Shown here: positions 28,313 to 39,104 of the stretch, piece after piece
Numbering within the stretch: the stretch's first letter is position 1
Layout of the letters: the number at the start of each line of letters is the position of its first letter
IMG/VR virus record: IMGVR_UViG_3300031841_002239
Span: 1-55,791 of that record
Length of the DNA stretch: 55,791 bases
DNA from: a virus
Taxonomy: Duplodnaviria > Caudoviricetes
Reading direction: 5' to 3' (one strand)
Translations under genes and position numbers: made by a program
The notes under the pieces: generated by a model
Told to the model about the DNA's origin: nothing
Database searches by the model: none
The model's input: the letters and a program-made list of their open reading frames with translations, nothing else

Positions 28313-28777
28313 CTAGACGTTTTCTAATCTCTCCATTAGTCTTTCAGCACGATTAGTAACTTGTCTATACCACTTACTATCTCTGCCTTCAACACCTGCT
28401 TTTTTCCAATCCTGAGATTCAAGAGCCTTCTTAAAGTTTTTAAATCCTGATAATCTAGTTCTACCCATATTAAACATCATGTTTACTAATATTTGTTGAA
28501 CTTCATCTGGCCAATCACCAAAGTCTTCGTATAATACTTCACACTCTGATATTGCTGTATCTAAATCTTTTTCAAAACATTCTTTGACTCTATCCTCGTC
28601 TACAGGAGTTCCTACTGGCTTTCCATATTCTGGGTCTGATTCTAAAACCAAATGTCCAACACCAAATGTTGGGAGTCCCAAATGATCATGATATACTTCA
28701 TATACCACTCCTTCATCTATTTTAAGTTGTTCAAAGACCGCTTCACGATCTAAATTTGTATCTTTTCCAAAAAACAT
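28313..28777 (-). CDS. T4-type lysozyme (GH24) endolysin
   Basis: Catalytic E-x8-D-x5-T (DEGVVYEVYHDHLGLPTFGVGHL), NMMFNMG, SKWYRQVTNRA. Confidence 0.93.
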   Translation of the reverse strand: MFFGKDTNLDREAVFEQLKIDEGVVYEVYHDHLGLPTFGVGHLVLESDPEYGKPVGTPVDEDRVKECFEKDLDTAISECEVLYEDFGDWPDEVQQILVNMMFNMGRTRLSGFKNFKKALESQDWKKAGVEGRDSKWYRQVTNRAERLMERLENV

Positions 28778-29409
28778 TATTTCTCCAATAATTTTACTTT
28801 TTGTATTTTGTCTATATAGTCACCATAACTTAATTTAAGAAATGGATAACCCTTTTTAAATTCTTCATGTGTTAACCACAAGTAATTAACATACCATCTA
28901 TCTGAATAACTGTCATGAAGTCTATACTCATCAAAACTACCTTTAATAAAATCTGAAATCTCTTTAGCACCTACTTCGTCCTGAAATCGTCTAAATAAAG
29001 ATATTTTGATAGGATAGTTTCCGTACCAGTATTTATTCCTATATACATACTCTGTGTCTGAATCTAGAAGACTGTCCAAATGGTCTTGATCTAGTGGAGC
29101 ATGTAAAGACTTTAAATAATCTGTATGTTGAAACCGTTTAATTACACTATCTACAACATTCTTTTCATGTAGATATATGTTAATACTTTTAGATGTCATT
29201 TGCATTCTGTAATGCCAAGTATCATGGTGTATTGTATTAACTAAATCTGCTAAAAATAAAATATCATAATGAAATTGATTACCGTCGAAACAAAGTTTGT
29301 ATTGATAATCACCATAGTAAATTTTTTCACTAGGAGTTACTTTTATTCCTTTATATGTATCGCCCAAAGGTATACATGAGTTTTTAGTGCTTTGAGTGTA
29401 GAATGCCAT
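28777..29409 (-). CDS. Hypothetical protein
   Basis: 210 aa, coupled to clpA and lysozyme. Confidence 0.65.
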   Translation of the reverse strand: MAFYTQSTKNSCIPLGDTYKGIKVTPSEKIYYGDYQYKLCFDGNQFHYDILFLADLVNTIHHDTWHYRMQMTSKSINIYLHEKNVVDSVIKRFQHTDYLKSLHAPLDQDHLDSLLDSDTEYVYRNKYWYGNYPIKISLFRRFQDEVGAKEISDFIKGSFDEYRLHDSYSDRWYVNYLWLTHEEFKKGYPFLKLSYGDYIDKIQKVKLLEK

Positions 29410-29410
29410 A

Positions 29411-31600
29411 TTATGTTAAAAAGGTATATTCCTCATTTACATAATCAACTGATATATTAATATCTGACAAGTCTTCAAATAAAACTTTCTTACTTAGTGG
29501 TTTTTTAACTTTATCTTCAAAAACTCTTTTTAAAGGTCTTGCACCCATACTTGGTTCATATCCATCATCAGCAAGTTGTTGCCTAGCATTAGCAGTTAGG
29601 CTAATAGTAACTGTGCTTTCATTTTCAGCAAGTAACTCATTTGTTTCTTTAACAAGCCTATCAACTATTAACAACATTAACTCTTTAGCAAGTTTATTAA
29701 ATGTAATAACTGCATCTAATCTGTTTCTAAATTCAGGAGAGAAGAATTTCTCAACTGCTTTATCGACTGCTTTAGTTTTTGTTTGATCTCCAAAACCAAT
29801 TTTTAGTCCCTCAGCATCTGTGGCTCCTAAATTACTGGTCATAAGTAATATAACATTACTAAAATCTACTTTTTTACCTGTACTGCCTGTTAAATGTCCA
29901 TCATCCATTACCTGTAATAATACTTGTAATACTTCTGGTGCCGCTTTTTCTACTTCATCAAGTAGTAAGACACAGTTAGGATTTTCTTCAACTTCTGCTA
30001 AAAGCAATCCTTGTCCTAATTTTCCTTCGGCGTGTCCTACATATCCTGGAGGTGCACCAATTAGTTTGGAAACTGAATGTCTTTCCATATACTCTGACAT
30101 ATCAAACTTAACCAGTTTACATTCTAATTCAGTTGCAAGTGTTTTAGCAGTTTCAGTTTTACCTGTACCTGTAGGACCAACTAACAAGAAACTACCAATT
30201 GGTTTGTTTTTCTCTCTGAGTCCTGACTTACTAACTACAATGTTCTCTACAATTTTATCTACTGCTTCATTTTGTCCAAACACAACCTTTTTAATTCTGG
30301 TATCTAAGTTTTTATATGTGTCCACACTCTCTACGTCTATAACATCAACACCTACATGGGATATCTTACTAATAACATGGATAACATCTTTTAGTGTAAC
30401 ATCTTGTTCGCCACGTAATTTTACTCTGGCACCTGCGGCGTCTATAACGTCTAACGCCTTATCTGGAAATGCTTTGTTTTTAATATATCTGTGACATAAG
30501 TCAACTGACTTTTCTAAAATGTCTTGACTGTATTTTACTTTGTGAAAGTCCTCATAATAGTTATTGAGACCTTTTACAATTTCTTTTGTATCTTCAATAT
30601 TAGTTTCCATTATATCTAGTTTCGCAAACCTACGCATTAATGCTCTGTCCTTCTCAAAACTGTCAGCAAATTCATCTGGTGTTGTAGCACCTATAGTAAG
30701 CAGTCTGCCTTTGCCTAACACAGGCTTAATCATGTTTGCAATGTCAACACTACTGCTACCAGCACTACCGGCACCCATAATCATATGTATTTCATCTATA
30801 AACAATATGGCATTAGGACTAGCCTCTAATGTTTCAAGTACTGTCTTGAACCTCTCCTCAAAGTCTCCTCTGTATCTGGTACCAGCAAGTAAATCGCCTA
30901 CTGCTAAACTGTAGATAATTTTATTTTGTATAACGTCAGGAACATCACCATCAACAATACGTTTAGCAAGACCCTCTGCTACCGCTGTTTTACCTGTACC
31001 AGGTTCACCAACTAACACTACGTTATTCTTTTTACGTCTAGCAAGTATATGTACAAGCTCATCTACTTCCTCATGTCTGCCTATAAGGTTGTCTATTCTG
31101 TTCTTTTGTGCTTCTTCATTTAAGTTAGTTGTGTATTCTTTTACAAGCTCTGTACTTTTATCGCTATTGTATTTGTGTTCTAAAAAGTCAACAATAATAT
31201 TTTTATCTAGGCCATTTAATTGGCAAAAGTAAGCCGCATGTGAATTTTGTTCGCTTAAGATACTTAAAAACATATCTAAAGGCTTCACTTCTTCTCTACC
31301 ACTAAAAATAACCTGTGCTAAAGCACGTTGTATAATTCGTTCTGTGGAGGCAGTTTTTTTAGGTTCCCCTTTAACTCCATGCTCATTGGTTAATCCATTA
31401 AGTACAGGATCGTCTAAATACTGATTTATGTCTTCAACAATATTATTTAAATCCACACTAAGCTCTTTTACTAGCTCTGCAATGTCTTCATTTTCCAAAA
31501 GACAAAACATAATATGTTCTAAGGTGACATATTCATGACCTTTGTCCTTGGCAAAATTTACTGCGTTTTGAATGATACTATCTATATATTTGCTTTCCAT
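29411..31600 (-). CDS. clpA: ATP-dependent Clp protease ATPase subunit ClpA
   Basis: Clp N-domain, two AAA+ modules ([16 protein letters not shown]), GAPPGYVG pore loop, IGF ClpP-docking loop, no ClpB middle domain. Confidence 0.93.
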   Translation of the reverse strand: MESKYIDSIIQNAVNFAKDKGHEYVTLEHIMFCLLENEDIAELVKELSVDLNNIVEDINQYLDDPVLNGLTNEHGVKGEPKKTASTERIIQRALAQVIFSGREEVKPLDMFLSILSEQNSHAAYFCQLNGLDKNIIVDFLEHKYNSDKSTELVKEYTTNLNEEAQKNRIDNLIGRHEEVDELVHILARRKKNNVVLVGEPGTGKTAVAEGLAKRIVDGDVPDVIQNKIIYSLAVGDLLAGTRYRGDFEERFKTVLETLEASPNAILFIDEIHMIMGAGSAGSSSVDIANMIKPVLGKGRLLTIGATTPDEFADSFEKDRALMRRFAKLDIMETNIEDTKEIVKGLNNYYEDFHKVKYSQDILEKSVDLCHRYIKNKAFPDKALDVIDAAGARVKLRGEQDVTLKDVIHVISKISHVGVDVIDVESVDTYKNLDTRIKKVVFGQNEAVDKIVENIVVSKSGLREKNKPIGSFLLVGPTGTGKTETAKTLATELECKLVKFDMSEYMERHSVSKLIGAPPGYVGHAEGKLGQGLLLAEVEENPNCVLLLDEVEKAAPEVLQVLLQVMDDGHLTGSTGKKVDFSNVILLMTSNLGATDAEGLKIGFGDQTKTKAVDKAVEKFFSPEFRNRLDAVITFNKLAKELMLLIVDRLVKETNELLAENESTVTISLTANARQQLADDGYEPSMGARPLKRVFEDKVKKPLSKKVLFEDLSDINISVDYVNEEYTFLT

Positions 31601-32393
31601 AAGTGCTTCTTTGTTTTATATTATTTAAAGTTTCTTTATCTTCGTCATTGGTTATAATGGGTATGTCTAACTCTATGAGTATGTATAGATCACCAACAAC
31701 ACCATATTCAGGCATTCTCATACCTAATCCGCTCATTTTTAATCTACTACCATGCTCTATTCCTGCTGGAACTTTTAGTTCGTATCTTTTATTGTCCACA
31801 TGAACAATAGTAATAACACAACCTGTCATGGCATCTATGGCATTAATATTATGCCTTAAAAATAAATGCTCTCTATCTCTACCCCAATTATTAGGAAACT
31901 CTATATGTAACCTAACAATTAAATCACCTGCTGGTAATCGTTCATCTCTAACAGGACCTTTACCTGCAAGTCTCAACCGAGTACCATCATTAACACCTTG
32001 AGGTATATTTAATTCGTAACTGCCGTAACCTGTATTTACTACTACTGTACTACCAGTATATGTTTGTAATAATGTTACGCCTAAATCAACTATACCGTCA
32101 GGATTTTTAACTTGTCTTTGATTGTGTCTCCTTTGTCCAAATATATCGCCAAATATATCTGCAAAGGGACTGTTACCAAAACCTTGTCCGAAACCTTCAA
32201 AAGGGTTAGGGTTATCATACTGAGCACGTTGTTCTGGATCACTTAGTGTATCGTATGCGGCCTGCACCCTTTTGAATTGTTCTTGGTCACCACCTTTATC
32301 AGGATGATGCTTACTCGCAAGTTTGCGGTATGCCTTCTTAATATCCTGCTGACTGGCGTCTTTGCTTACGCCAAGTGTTTCGTAGTGATCCAT
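31578..32393 (-). CDS. dnaJ: DnaJ class B (CbpA-like) co-chaperone
   Basis: J domain with HPD, G/F region, C-terminal domains, no zinc finger. Confidence 0.9.
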   Translation of the reverse strand: MDHYETLGVSKDASQQDIKKAYRKLASKHHPDKGGDQEQFKRVQAAYDTLSDPEQRAQYDNPNPFEGFGQGFGNSPFADIFGDIFGQRRHNQRQVKNPDGIVDLGVTLLQTYTGSTVVVNTGYGSYELNIPQGVNDGTRLRLAGKGPVRDERLPAGDLIVRLHIEFPNNWGRDREHLFLRHNINAIDAMTGCVITIVHVDNKRYELKVPAGIEHGSRLKMSGLGMRMPEYGVVGDLYILIELDIPIITNDEDKETLNNIKQRSTYGKQIYR

Positions 32394-32399
32394 AGTCTT

Positions 32400-32428
32400 A
32401 TTATACTACCTTATGGTTTAGAAGTCAA
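32400..32428 (-). promoter_or_regulatory. Sigma70-type promoter, ATG 6 nt after the -10 box
   Basis: TTGACT-N17-TATAAT-AAGACT-ATG. Confidence 0.75.
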
Positions 32429-32431
32429 GAA

Positions 32432-32454
32432 AAAGGGTGCCAAAAACACCCTTT
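32432..32454 (-). terminator. Intrinsic terminator of the TonB receptor gene
   Basis: AAAGGGTG-N7-CACCCTTT with a U-tract on the minus strand. Confidence 0.75.
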
Positions 32455-32473
32455 ATTCTGTTCTTGGTATCGT

Positions 32474-35400
32474 TTAGAAAACGTATTTAAGTCCAAGTTG
32501 TAAACGGTAAGTACTTCTATAGTAATTGGTAACTTGGTTATCAATTCTATCTATGTTCATACCATAAGCAGGTCTGTATTCATAAGACCAACTACCATCA
32601 CCATTGTTGATAGGAGTTGCTTCTGCAATACTTCTTGCTGTTCCGTTTGCTTTGGTTTGTTTACCCCAATCGCTGTCAAGCAAGTTGAGTAAGTTTTCAA
32701 CATCAAGTGTAATTACAAATTTATCCTTGTCTGTTAAACCTAACCCAGGAAGTTCCTGTGTAAATTTAAAGTCAAGTCTGTAATTCCAATCTGTTTCAAA
32801 CTCATTAATTGGTGCAAAACCACCTGCATACTTACCTAACCCTGAGGCGGCAATGTAGGCATTAAAGTCGTCTGCAAACCAACTTGGTATAATTACGTCA
32901 GTTCCAGATCCGTCTGGGACATAGAATGCCGCAGTTTCGTCTCTTGTTGACTCTCTATCAAGACCCCATAAAGCACCATCTTTGTATTGGCCTAATGTGT
33001 ATGAGAAAGGCTCACCACTTACAGCACTAACAATAAATGTAAATCTACTTGGAGAGTTAGCAATTAAGTTTGCAGTATAGTTACCAACAAAACTTAATGT
33101 GTGTTCTCTTTCGTAAACTGATCTATGCATTACGTCTTCATTAAAGTCATCATACTTAGTAGTATACTTAAAGTTAGAAATGTTTCTACTTGAAGTTAAG
33201 TTACCAACAGTATCAACATCTTGCCATGTGTAGTTTGCATAAAAGTCAAACCCATTTTCAAATGCTTTACTTACACTAACTGCAAACAATTCGCTTTCGC
33301 CTTTGTCTGTGTTAGTGAGTAACATGTCATAACCTCTGTAGTCATAAAAACGTTCCATTGCTTTACTACATAAACTATAATCAGCATAGATATCTCTGCC
33401 ATCTGGTCCAACACCAATTGGTAAGTTGGTAACAGGAATATCACAATTGGCTACACCGGCAAATGCTGGGTTACCAAGTCTTAGTTGTTTATAGTGTAAG
33501 TCTTTGTCAGTTCTAGTCATTAAGAAGTCTGCACTCATGTAGTAGCCATCGCCCATTACCCAATCAGCACCTACAGAAAGTTTTAACTCTCTTGGTAACT
33601 CAAAGTTTGGATCTAGGATATCTGCAAATGCAGGTCTAAAACCTTCCTGACCAGGTTGATAAATGTAACTGTCAAATGTTGTTGTATCAAAACCATCGAA
33701 CCCTGCGGCCGCTGATAATGGTACGTTAGCATTTTGGATACCAATACCGTCATTACTGAAAGTACCGCCCATCCATACATTTGGTCTACCACCTGTAAAG
33801 TATCCAGCACCACCTCTGAACGTTAGTTCTTGGAAAGCACCGAAGTCGTCTGCGTCATAAACAAAACTTACTCTAGGTAAAAATACATCCTTTCCGTCTA
33901 GGCTGACATCATTTCTGATACCATAGTAGCCGTTAAGTGTATCGTTATACTTAGGTGCATCGTCCATTGAGATTTTCTCATAACGTGCTCCATAGTTAAG
34001 TGTAAGTCTGTCACTGTAATCCCAAGTATCTTGAACATAGTAACTAGTTGTTTCTATTTCAAAGAAAGCGGCACCATCGGCTGGATTACCACTTGGGGAG
34101 TTTCTATAGTCAATGCTATAAGGATTCTTGTTCTCAAAGTCTTCAATACTTGCGTATTCAAGAACACCGTCTGAGTATGCAACGAACCCGTTTGCTACAT
34201 CAACACCATTTTTAGAAATACCCGCAACCAATTCATGTGAACCAATTAAGTAAGATAATTCAAACTCTAATTCACTTGATTGTGTTTCTAAAAAGTTGTA
34301 ATGTCTAAATGGATCAGGTCCTACTAGGACTTGTGGTCCTCTATCGCCTTCTCCTAACTCTACGATTGCTCTCATAAAGTCATCGCCACCAACACTTGCC
34401 TGTGAAGTTTCAACAAGTCTATCACCATATCTAAATGTAGTAGATAGTCTGTCATTCCAATCACTAAACACTTGGAAACTGTCTGCTGTCAAGTCTGTAG
34501 TTTTAATATAGTTACCACTTGTAAGTGCTAATACTGTATTTGAACCACCATACTCTCTAACGTCATTGTTTTCTGATGTCTGGTTTGTGTAAGTTGCTCT
34601 GTGTGAGTCATTAATGTTCCAGTCTAGTTTAATTAGCATATCTTCATCAAGTAATGAATTAACACCACCTGAGGCCGAACCTGCGTCATACCCATACACA
34701 TCATTAGCAATGCCAATAATTCTGTCTGCGTCTGCTACAGTTACACCATCAACTTCTCTAAGGGCACCACTACCAGCGGCTCCCCAGATACCTGGTTCAC
34801 TTTTCTCAAATTTGTCATAGTTTACAAAAAAGAATAACTTATCCTCGAGGATAGGTCCGCCTAATGTAAAACCTTTTGTGTCTTCCTCAAACTCACCAAC
34901 AGTAAGTTCTTGGCCGTCAATCTCATCTCCAACCCAACTATCGCTAGTTGTAAAGCCGTAAACAGATCCTGACAGTTCGTTGGTACCTGACTTAGTAACA
35001 ACGTTAATAACACCTGCTGTTGACCCTGAGTCTCTGACATCATAGTCTACAACACTAACAGATACCTGCTCTACTGAGTCAAGTGATAGAGGAGATTTAA
35101 CTCCTGGATAACCACCATACTCTAGACCAAAGTCATCTGATTGCCCAATACCGTCAACTTGAAATTGACTGTATCTAGCATTAGTACCTGCAATCGAAAT
35201 ACTTTCAGTATCATCGCCATTAAAAGAAATACTGTAAACATTCACAAAAGGTTGTGTTGCTACTGCATCTTTAATGTCTCTGTTGACACTGGCAATATCC
35301 ATAATTTGATCACCGGTTAATGTACTTCTAGGACCAGTTATAAGTCCTGAAGAGTTTAATGCTTGTCCAACAACAACTAATTCTTCAACTGCATCTGAAC

Positions 35401-35728
35401 TCGTAAGAGCAATTTTAACTCTAGAAGTTTCAGATAGTTCAAGATAGATGTCGCTCAACTCAGCATACCCACCTGCACCACTAACAACGATCTTATAAGG
35501 ACCACCAACACGTAGATTCCTTGCAAGGAATACTCCGTCTTCGTTTGTTGTTTGAGTTGATGCTGAACCTGATGGTTCATGGATAATGGAGACTGATGCT
35601 CCTGATACTTCTGCACCTGAGGATGTTAGTACTGATCCTCTGATTGCTGAAGTAGTTTCTTGGGCGAATACCGGAACACTTATTAAAAGTGTGGCGGCTA
35701 ACCCAAGGAATAGTTTGCGAATATTCAT
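32474..35728 (-). CDS. TonB-dependent outer membrane receptor (Oar-like, N-terminal carboxypeptidase-regulatory-like domain)
   Basis: Signal peptide ending VFA-Q, EELVVVG TonB box, GVINVVTKSG plug motif, C-terminal QLGLKYVF barrel signal; start MNIRK after AGGAG. Confidence 0.92.
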   Translation of the reverse strand: MNIRKLFLGLAATLLISVPVFAQETTSAIRGSVLTSSGAEVSGASVSIIHEPSGSASTQTTNEDGVFLARNLRVGGPYKIVVSGAGGYAELSDIYLELSETSRVKIALTSSDAVEELVVVGQALNSSGLITGPRSTLTGDQIMDIASVNRDIKDAVATQPFVNVYSISFNGDDTESISIAGTNARYSQFQVDGIGQSDDFGLEYGGYPGVKSPLSLDSVEQVSVSVVDYDVRDSGSTAGVINVVTKSGTNELSGSVYGFTTSDSWVGDEIDGQELTVGEFEEDTKGFTLGGPILEDKLFFFVNYDKFEKSEPGIWGAAGSGALREVDGVTVADADRIIGIANDVYGYDAGSASGGVNSLLDEDMLIKLDWNINDSHRATYTNQTSENNDVREYGGSNTVLALTSGNYIKTTDLTADSFQVFSDWNDRLSTTFRYGDRLVETSQASVGGDDFMRAIVELGEGDRGPQVLVGPDPFRHYNFLETQSSELEFELSYLIGSHELVAGISKNGVDVANGFVAYSDGVLEYASIEDFENKNPYSIDYRNSPSGNPADGAAFFEIETTSYYVQDTWDYSDRLTLNYGARYEKISMDDAPKYNDTLNGYYGIRNDVSLDGKDVFLPRVSFVYDADDFGAFQELTFRGGAGYFTGGRPNVWMGGTFSNDGIGIQNANVPLSAAAGFDGFDTTTFDSYIYQPGQEGFRPAFADILDPNFELPRELKLSVGADWVMGDGYYMSADFLMTRTDKDLHYKQLRLGNPAFAGVANCDIPVTNLPIGVGPDGRDIYADYSLCSKAMERFYDYRGYDMLLTNTDKGESELFAVSVSKAFENGFDFYANYTWQDVDTVGNLTSSRNISNFKYTTKYDDFNEDVMHRSVYEREHTLSFVGNYTANLIANSPSRFTFIVSAVSGEPFSYTLGQYKDGALWGLDRESTRDETAAFYVPDGSGTDVIIPSWFADDFNAYIAASGLGKYAGGFAPINEFETDWNYRLDFKFTQELPGLGLTDKDKFVITLDVENLLNLLDSDWGKQTKANGTARSIAEATPINNGDGSWSYEYRPAYGMNIDRIDNQVTNYYRSTYRLQLGLKYVF

Positions 35729-35827
35729 AACCACTCCTGTGTTTCGCTGTAATATAAAATATTACACTTGTGTGAACAAAAATTAGGCTTACGCCTAATT
35801 CAATTTTGCAGGATAATCCTACACCCA

Positions 35828-35835
35828 TATTTATA
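35828..35835 (-). promoter_or_regulatory. T4 late promoter consensus TATAAATA upstream of the TonB receptor gene
   Basis: Exact TATAAATA about 100 nt upstream of the ATG. Confidence 0.6.
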
Positions 35836-35907
35836 GATACATGTATTCATTAATGTATAAATTGGTGTAAAATGAGTGGTTTTGGAAATTAAATTATATG
35901 TTAATTT

Positions 35908-36498
35908 TTAGTCGTCTTTTCCAAATATTTTAGGTGTAAGTCTAGTTATTGCTTTATTATCTTTAACTTCAAATTCTGCTCCAACGCCTTTTTGGCCGTT
36001 GGGTAAAGTTACTTCTCTATAATAAACAATTACTTCGCCCATTTGTTTAATGTAACGTTTGATCTCTTGCATGTCCTCAGCCATAACCTCATAGTCACCA
36101 ATTGATGTAGCAACAAATACAACTTCACCGTTGTTTTGTTTTTTCATTGTGTCAATGAATCTATCAAAGTAAGTGTAGCCTACTGGCCAATCTGGATTTT
36201 CTCTTTCGCTAAGTTCACATGTTTTGGGTCTAGTTAATTGATGTGTACCATCTTCTTTAACAATGTGATTACCATTCTCATCAAGTTTCATAACTTTCTG
36301 ACATGGGTTAGTAATTTTTGCTTCAGACACAACATACCATGTTGGTGCTGTGAGTTCTACTGGACGTGGTAATGCAGGTTGCATTATATCTATCTGTATA
36401 GGTTTAGAAACTATCTGGACAGGCTTAGTGCCCATCATTGAACATCCACTAGTCAGGAATAACAGGAGTGTCAAGCTCAAAAATTTGCTGTGTGTCAT
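35908..36498 (-). CDS. Outer-membrane lipoprotein, o-spanin (Rz1-like) candidate
   Basis: Lipobox LTSGC, Pro-rich linker, overlaps the 3' end of the i-spanin candidate. Confidence 0.7.
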   Translation of the reverse strand: MTHSKFLSLTLLLFLTSGCSMMGTKPVQIVSKPIQIDIMQPALPRPVELTAPTWYVVSEAKITNPCQKVMKLDENGNHIVKEDGTHQLTRPKTCELSERENPDWPVGYTYFDRFIDTMKKQNNGEVVFVATSIGDYEVMAEDMQEIKRYIKQMGEVIVYYREVTLPNGQKGVGAEFEVKDNKAITRLTPKIFGKDD

Positions 36499-36832
36499 CT
36501 TCTAATCCCTCAAATACGGCTTCGGAAGCCTTGTTAAATCTTAATTCTATTAGTCCTGGTTTTGCTACTGCTAAACTATTTAAATTATGTTTGGCAAAGA
36601 TTGCCAAATACTGAGCCTTCTCTTGCTCAATCTCTGCATTCTTTCTGCTCATGTTTTGTAATGCCTTGCCTTGTTTTTCAAACGATTCTTTCATCGCCTC
36701 CATGGCAAGTTTTTGTTCTTGGACGGCACCTTCAAGTGCCATGTTGTTTGCTTTTAGTGTTACGTTTTCTTGGTATAAAAAATATCCACCAATACCTAAC
36801 AATAAAATAATGCCTATAAAAAATTGGTTCAT
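36449..36832 (-). CDS. i-spanin (Rz-like) candidate
   Basis: Single N-terminal TM helix followed by a long coiled coil and AKPGLIE motif. Confidence 0.7.
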   Translation of the reverse strand: MNQFFIGIILLLGIGGYFLYQENVTLKANNMALEGAVQEQKLAMEAMKESFEKQGKALQNMSRKNAEIEQEKAQYLAIFAKHNLNSLAVAKPGLIELRFNKASEAVFEGLEDDTQQIFELDTPVIPD

Positions 36833-36838
36833 CTGTGT

Positions 36839-37630
36839 CTAACTCACTTTAGTTACTAATATATCTGTGTTTGCTGGATTATAAATTACAATATACTCGT
36901 CTATTGGCATTGCTCTCATTTCTCCCAGCATAGCATTTAATTTTGACATAGCAACTTTATCAAAATCTAGTTTAAGGGCACTTTCAGTTATACCTACTTC
37001 TTCCATTACACTAGTGCTGTTTCCAAAATTTACTATTTCTAAACTAGCAATATCTCTAGAGCCTCTTAGGTGTAAAACGTTATCAGTTATACCTGCTTCT
37101 AATAAACTACTTGCTTTTAAAAACTCTAAAATTTTACTACTATTGTCTTTTGCTTCTTCTTCAAGTCTTAATTCTTCTGCTTGTTGTTCTGCTTCTAATT
37201 TTTGTGCCATAAATTCGTCCTTGGAAAGATAATTTTCTGGATCTTGTTGAATGTATTGCTCTAATACATCATCATTTAATTTAATAATATCATCGCTTAA
37301 TGTTGTTGACACTTCCCAATTTAGTTTGCCGGATAACCGTTCTACTTCTTGTACAATATTTTTAATTTTACTAAGTGCATCTTCGTTTCTATCTAACTCC
37401 ATAAAAACCATATAATAGTTTTCTGGATTAGGGTTAGGAGAAACTTCTACATCTCTAATTTCTATAATACTATTATTAATAAAATGATAAAGATCTTTTG
37501 CTGGTGCTGTTTCGTTTAAATACAAACCAATTACCATTACATCTTCTGTTGCACCTGTTTTAGGCACAAATTCATCTATACTAATTTTTTTAAGTATAGT
37601 ATTTTTAAGATCTCCTTCTTTTAATGCCAC
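36839..37630 (-). CDS. Hypothetical phage protein
   Basis: 263 aa ORF. Confidence 0.7.
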   Translation of the reverse strand: MALKEGDLKNTILKKISIDEFVPKTGATEDVMVIGLYLNETAPAKDLYHFINNSIIEIRDVEVSPNPNPENYYMVFMELDRNEDALSKIKNIVQEVERLSGKLNWEVSTTLSDDIIKLNDDVLEQYIQQDPENYLSKDEFMAQKLEAEQQAEELRLEEEAKDNSSKILEFLKASSLLEAGITDNVLHLRGSRDIASLEIVNFGNSTSVMEEVGITESALKLDFDKVAMSKLNAMLGEMRAMPIDEYIVIYNPANTDILVTKVS

Positions 37631-37631
37631 G

Positions 37632-38159
37632 TTAGATCCCTGCCTGATTTATTTGTTCTTGACCTACCTGAGCATTACTATCTGTATCTTCGTTGTCAAT
37701 GTACTCATCTTCTTTTGCTTCAACATGTTGAGCACTGAACTCATCTACATAACGTCTAGGCATGTCAATACTTACAACCCAAACTGGATTGCTGTCTGCT
37801 TTTGGTGTAAAACGTTGACCACCATCTGGTCTAACACTTATTTCAACGTCATTAAAATTCTCTACTTTTCTAGGAGTTTCTAATGAATCTTTTGAATATT
37901 TTACTAAACAATCTCTAGCAATAAGTCTTTTTGCACCTTCAGGATCTGGCATTTCCTTTAAAGGATATAGCAATTTAACATTTACATAATGTCTACCTAT
38001 GCTAGGTCCTTCTAGTATTTCGCCCTTGTCCCAATTCTTAAATGCATACAGATCTAGTTCATCTAGTGTTTTTTCAAACTCCATAAGCATATCTAACAAA
38101 GTATTAGACTTAGACACTTCTGTTATTTTGTCGTTTAATAGTTTTACTGAAATTGTCAT
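37632..38159 (-). CDS. Hypothetical phage protein (start reassigned to MTISVK)
   Basis: ATG 5 nt after TAAATA (38165-38170). Confidence 0.7.
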   Translation of the reverse strand: MTISVKLLNDKITEVSKSNTLLDMLMEFEKTLDELDLYAFKNWDKGEILEGPSIGRHYVNVKLLYPLKEMPDPEGAKRLIARDCLVKYSKDSLETPRKVENFNDVEISVRPDGGQRFTPKADSNPVWVVSIDMPRRYVDEFSAQHVEAKEDEYIDNEDTDSNAQVGQEQINQAGI

Positions 38160-38302
38160 ACAACTATTTATCATTTAGTGATATATTAACTATGTTGTTT
38201 TTGTCTTATATTCTACTACTAAGTAATATTGTAATGAAATTTTACAAAAACAATTTATGATAAACAACCATATAAAAAGTTGGCACACAGAGAAAGCAAA
38301 CT

Positions 38303-38337
38303 ACCGTGATGGGATACCGCCCATGCACGGTTTTTTT
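38303..38337 (+). promoter_or_regulatory. Terminator-like hairpin in the phoH leader (possible attenuator)
   Basis: ACCGTG-ATGGG-N6-CCCAT-G-CACGGT running into T7, ending 11 nt before the AAGGAG RBS. Confidence 0.55.
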
Positions 38338-38360
38338 ATGGCTTATACAAGGAGAAATTC

Positions 38361-39104
38361 ATGTCCAGAAAGGCTAGAAAGAAGAATTGTAACAAATATA
38401 GAAAACAAAAAGGAGGAGATTATTTGAGAGTAATACAGGGTGGAGCCCTACAAAGAAACAGACAAAAGGAAGTTAAGATTGTACCTCGCAACTTCCACCA
38501 AGATGACTTACTTGGATTATTAGAGGACAAAAACATCAACATAGTGTTTGCCATTGGGCCAGCAGGTACAGGTAAAACACTCATTTCAACATTAGTGGGT
38601 ATTAAGGAACTCAAAAACGACAATATAAACAAACTAGTAGTAACGAGACCAGCAGTAAGTGTAGATGAGCAACATGGGTTTTTACCAGGCACACTACAGG
38701 AAAAAATGGCGCCATGGACTAGACCAATTTTTGATGTGTTTGAGGAATATTACTCACCAGATCAAATAGAGTTTATGCTAGGCGATAACAAAATAGAAAT
38801 AGCACCTTTGGCTTATATGCGAGGTAGGACATTTAAGGATTCATATATTATTGCGGATGAAATGCAAAATGCTACTGATAACCAAATGAAAATGCTACTA
38901 ACCAGAATAGGTGAAAACAGCAAACTGGTGGTAACAGGAGATTTAAATCAGCATGAACGAGGCTTTGAAAGTAATGGCTTAAAATGTATCATGGAAAGAC
39001 TACATACGGCAAATTCAGATAGAATTAAAATGGTAAACTTTACAAATAAAGATATTGAAAGACATCCTGTTGTAACAGAAGTATTAGACTTATATAACAG
39101 TTAA
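38361..39104 (+). CDS. phoH: PhoH family ATPase
   Basis: GPAGTGKT, GFLPG, AYMRGRTF, DEMQN and RHP motifs. Confidence 0.95.
   Translation: MSRKARKKNCNKYRKQKGGDYLRVIQGGALQRNRQKEVKIVPRNFHQDDLLGLLEDKNINIVFAIGPAGTGKTLISTLVGIKELKNDNINKLVVTRPAVSVDEQHGFLPGTLQEKMAPWTRPIFDVFEEYYSPDQIEFMLGDNKIEIAPLAYMRGRTFKDSYIIADEMQNATDNQMKMLLTRIGENSKLVVTGDLNQHERGFESNGLKCIMERLHTANSDRIKMVNFTNKDIERHPVVTEVLDLYNS

Noticed and set aside
29820-30914. Plus-strand ORFs opposite clpA
   Set aside because: Antisense shadows of a well-supported gene
35840-35907. Pho-box-like 11-bp periodic motifs upstream of the TonB receptor (and near 38230 upstream of phoH)
   Set aside because: Matches are too degenerate to separate from AT-rich background without a position weight matrix
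38281-38331. c-di-GMP-I riboswitch in the phoH leader (GCAAAC resemblance)
   Set aside because: Lacks the GNRA-capped P2 and the tetraloop-receptor P3 arrangement; kept only as an unclassified leader
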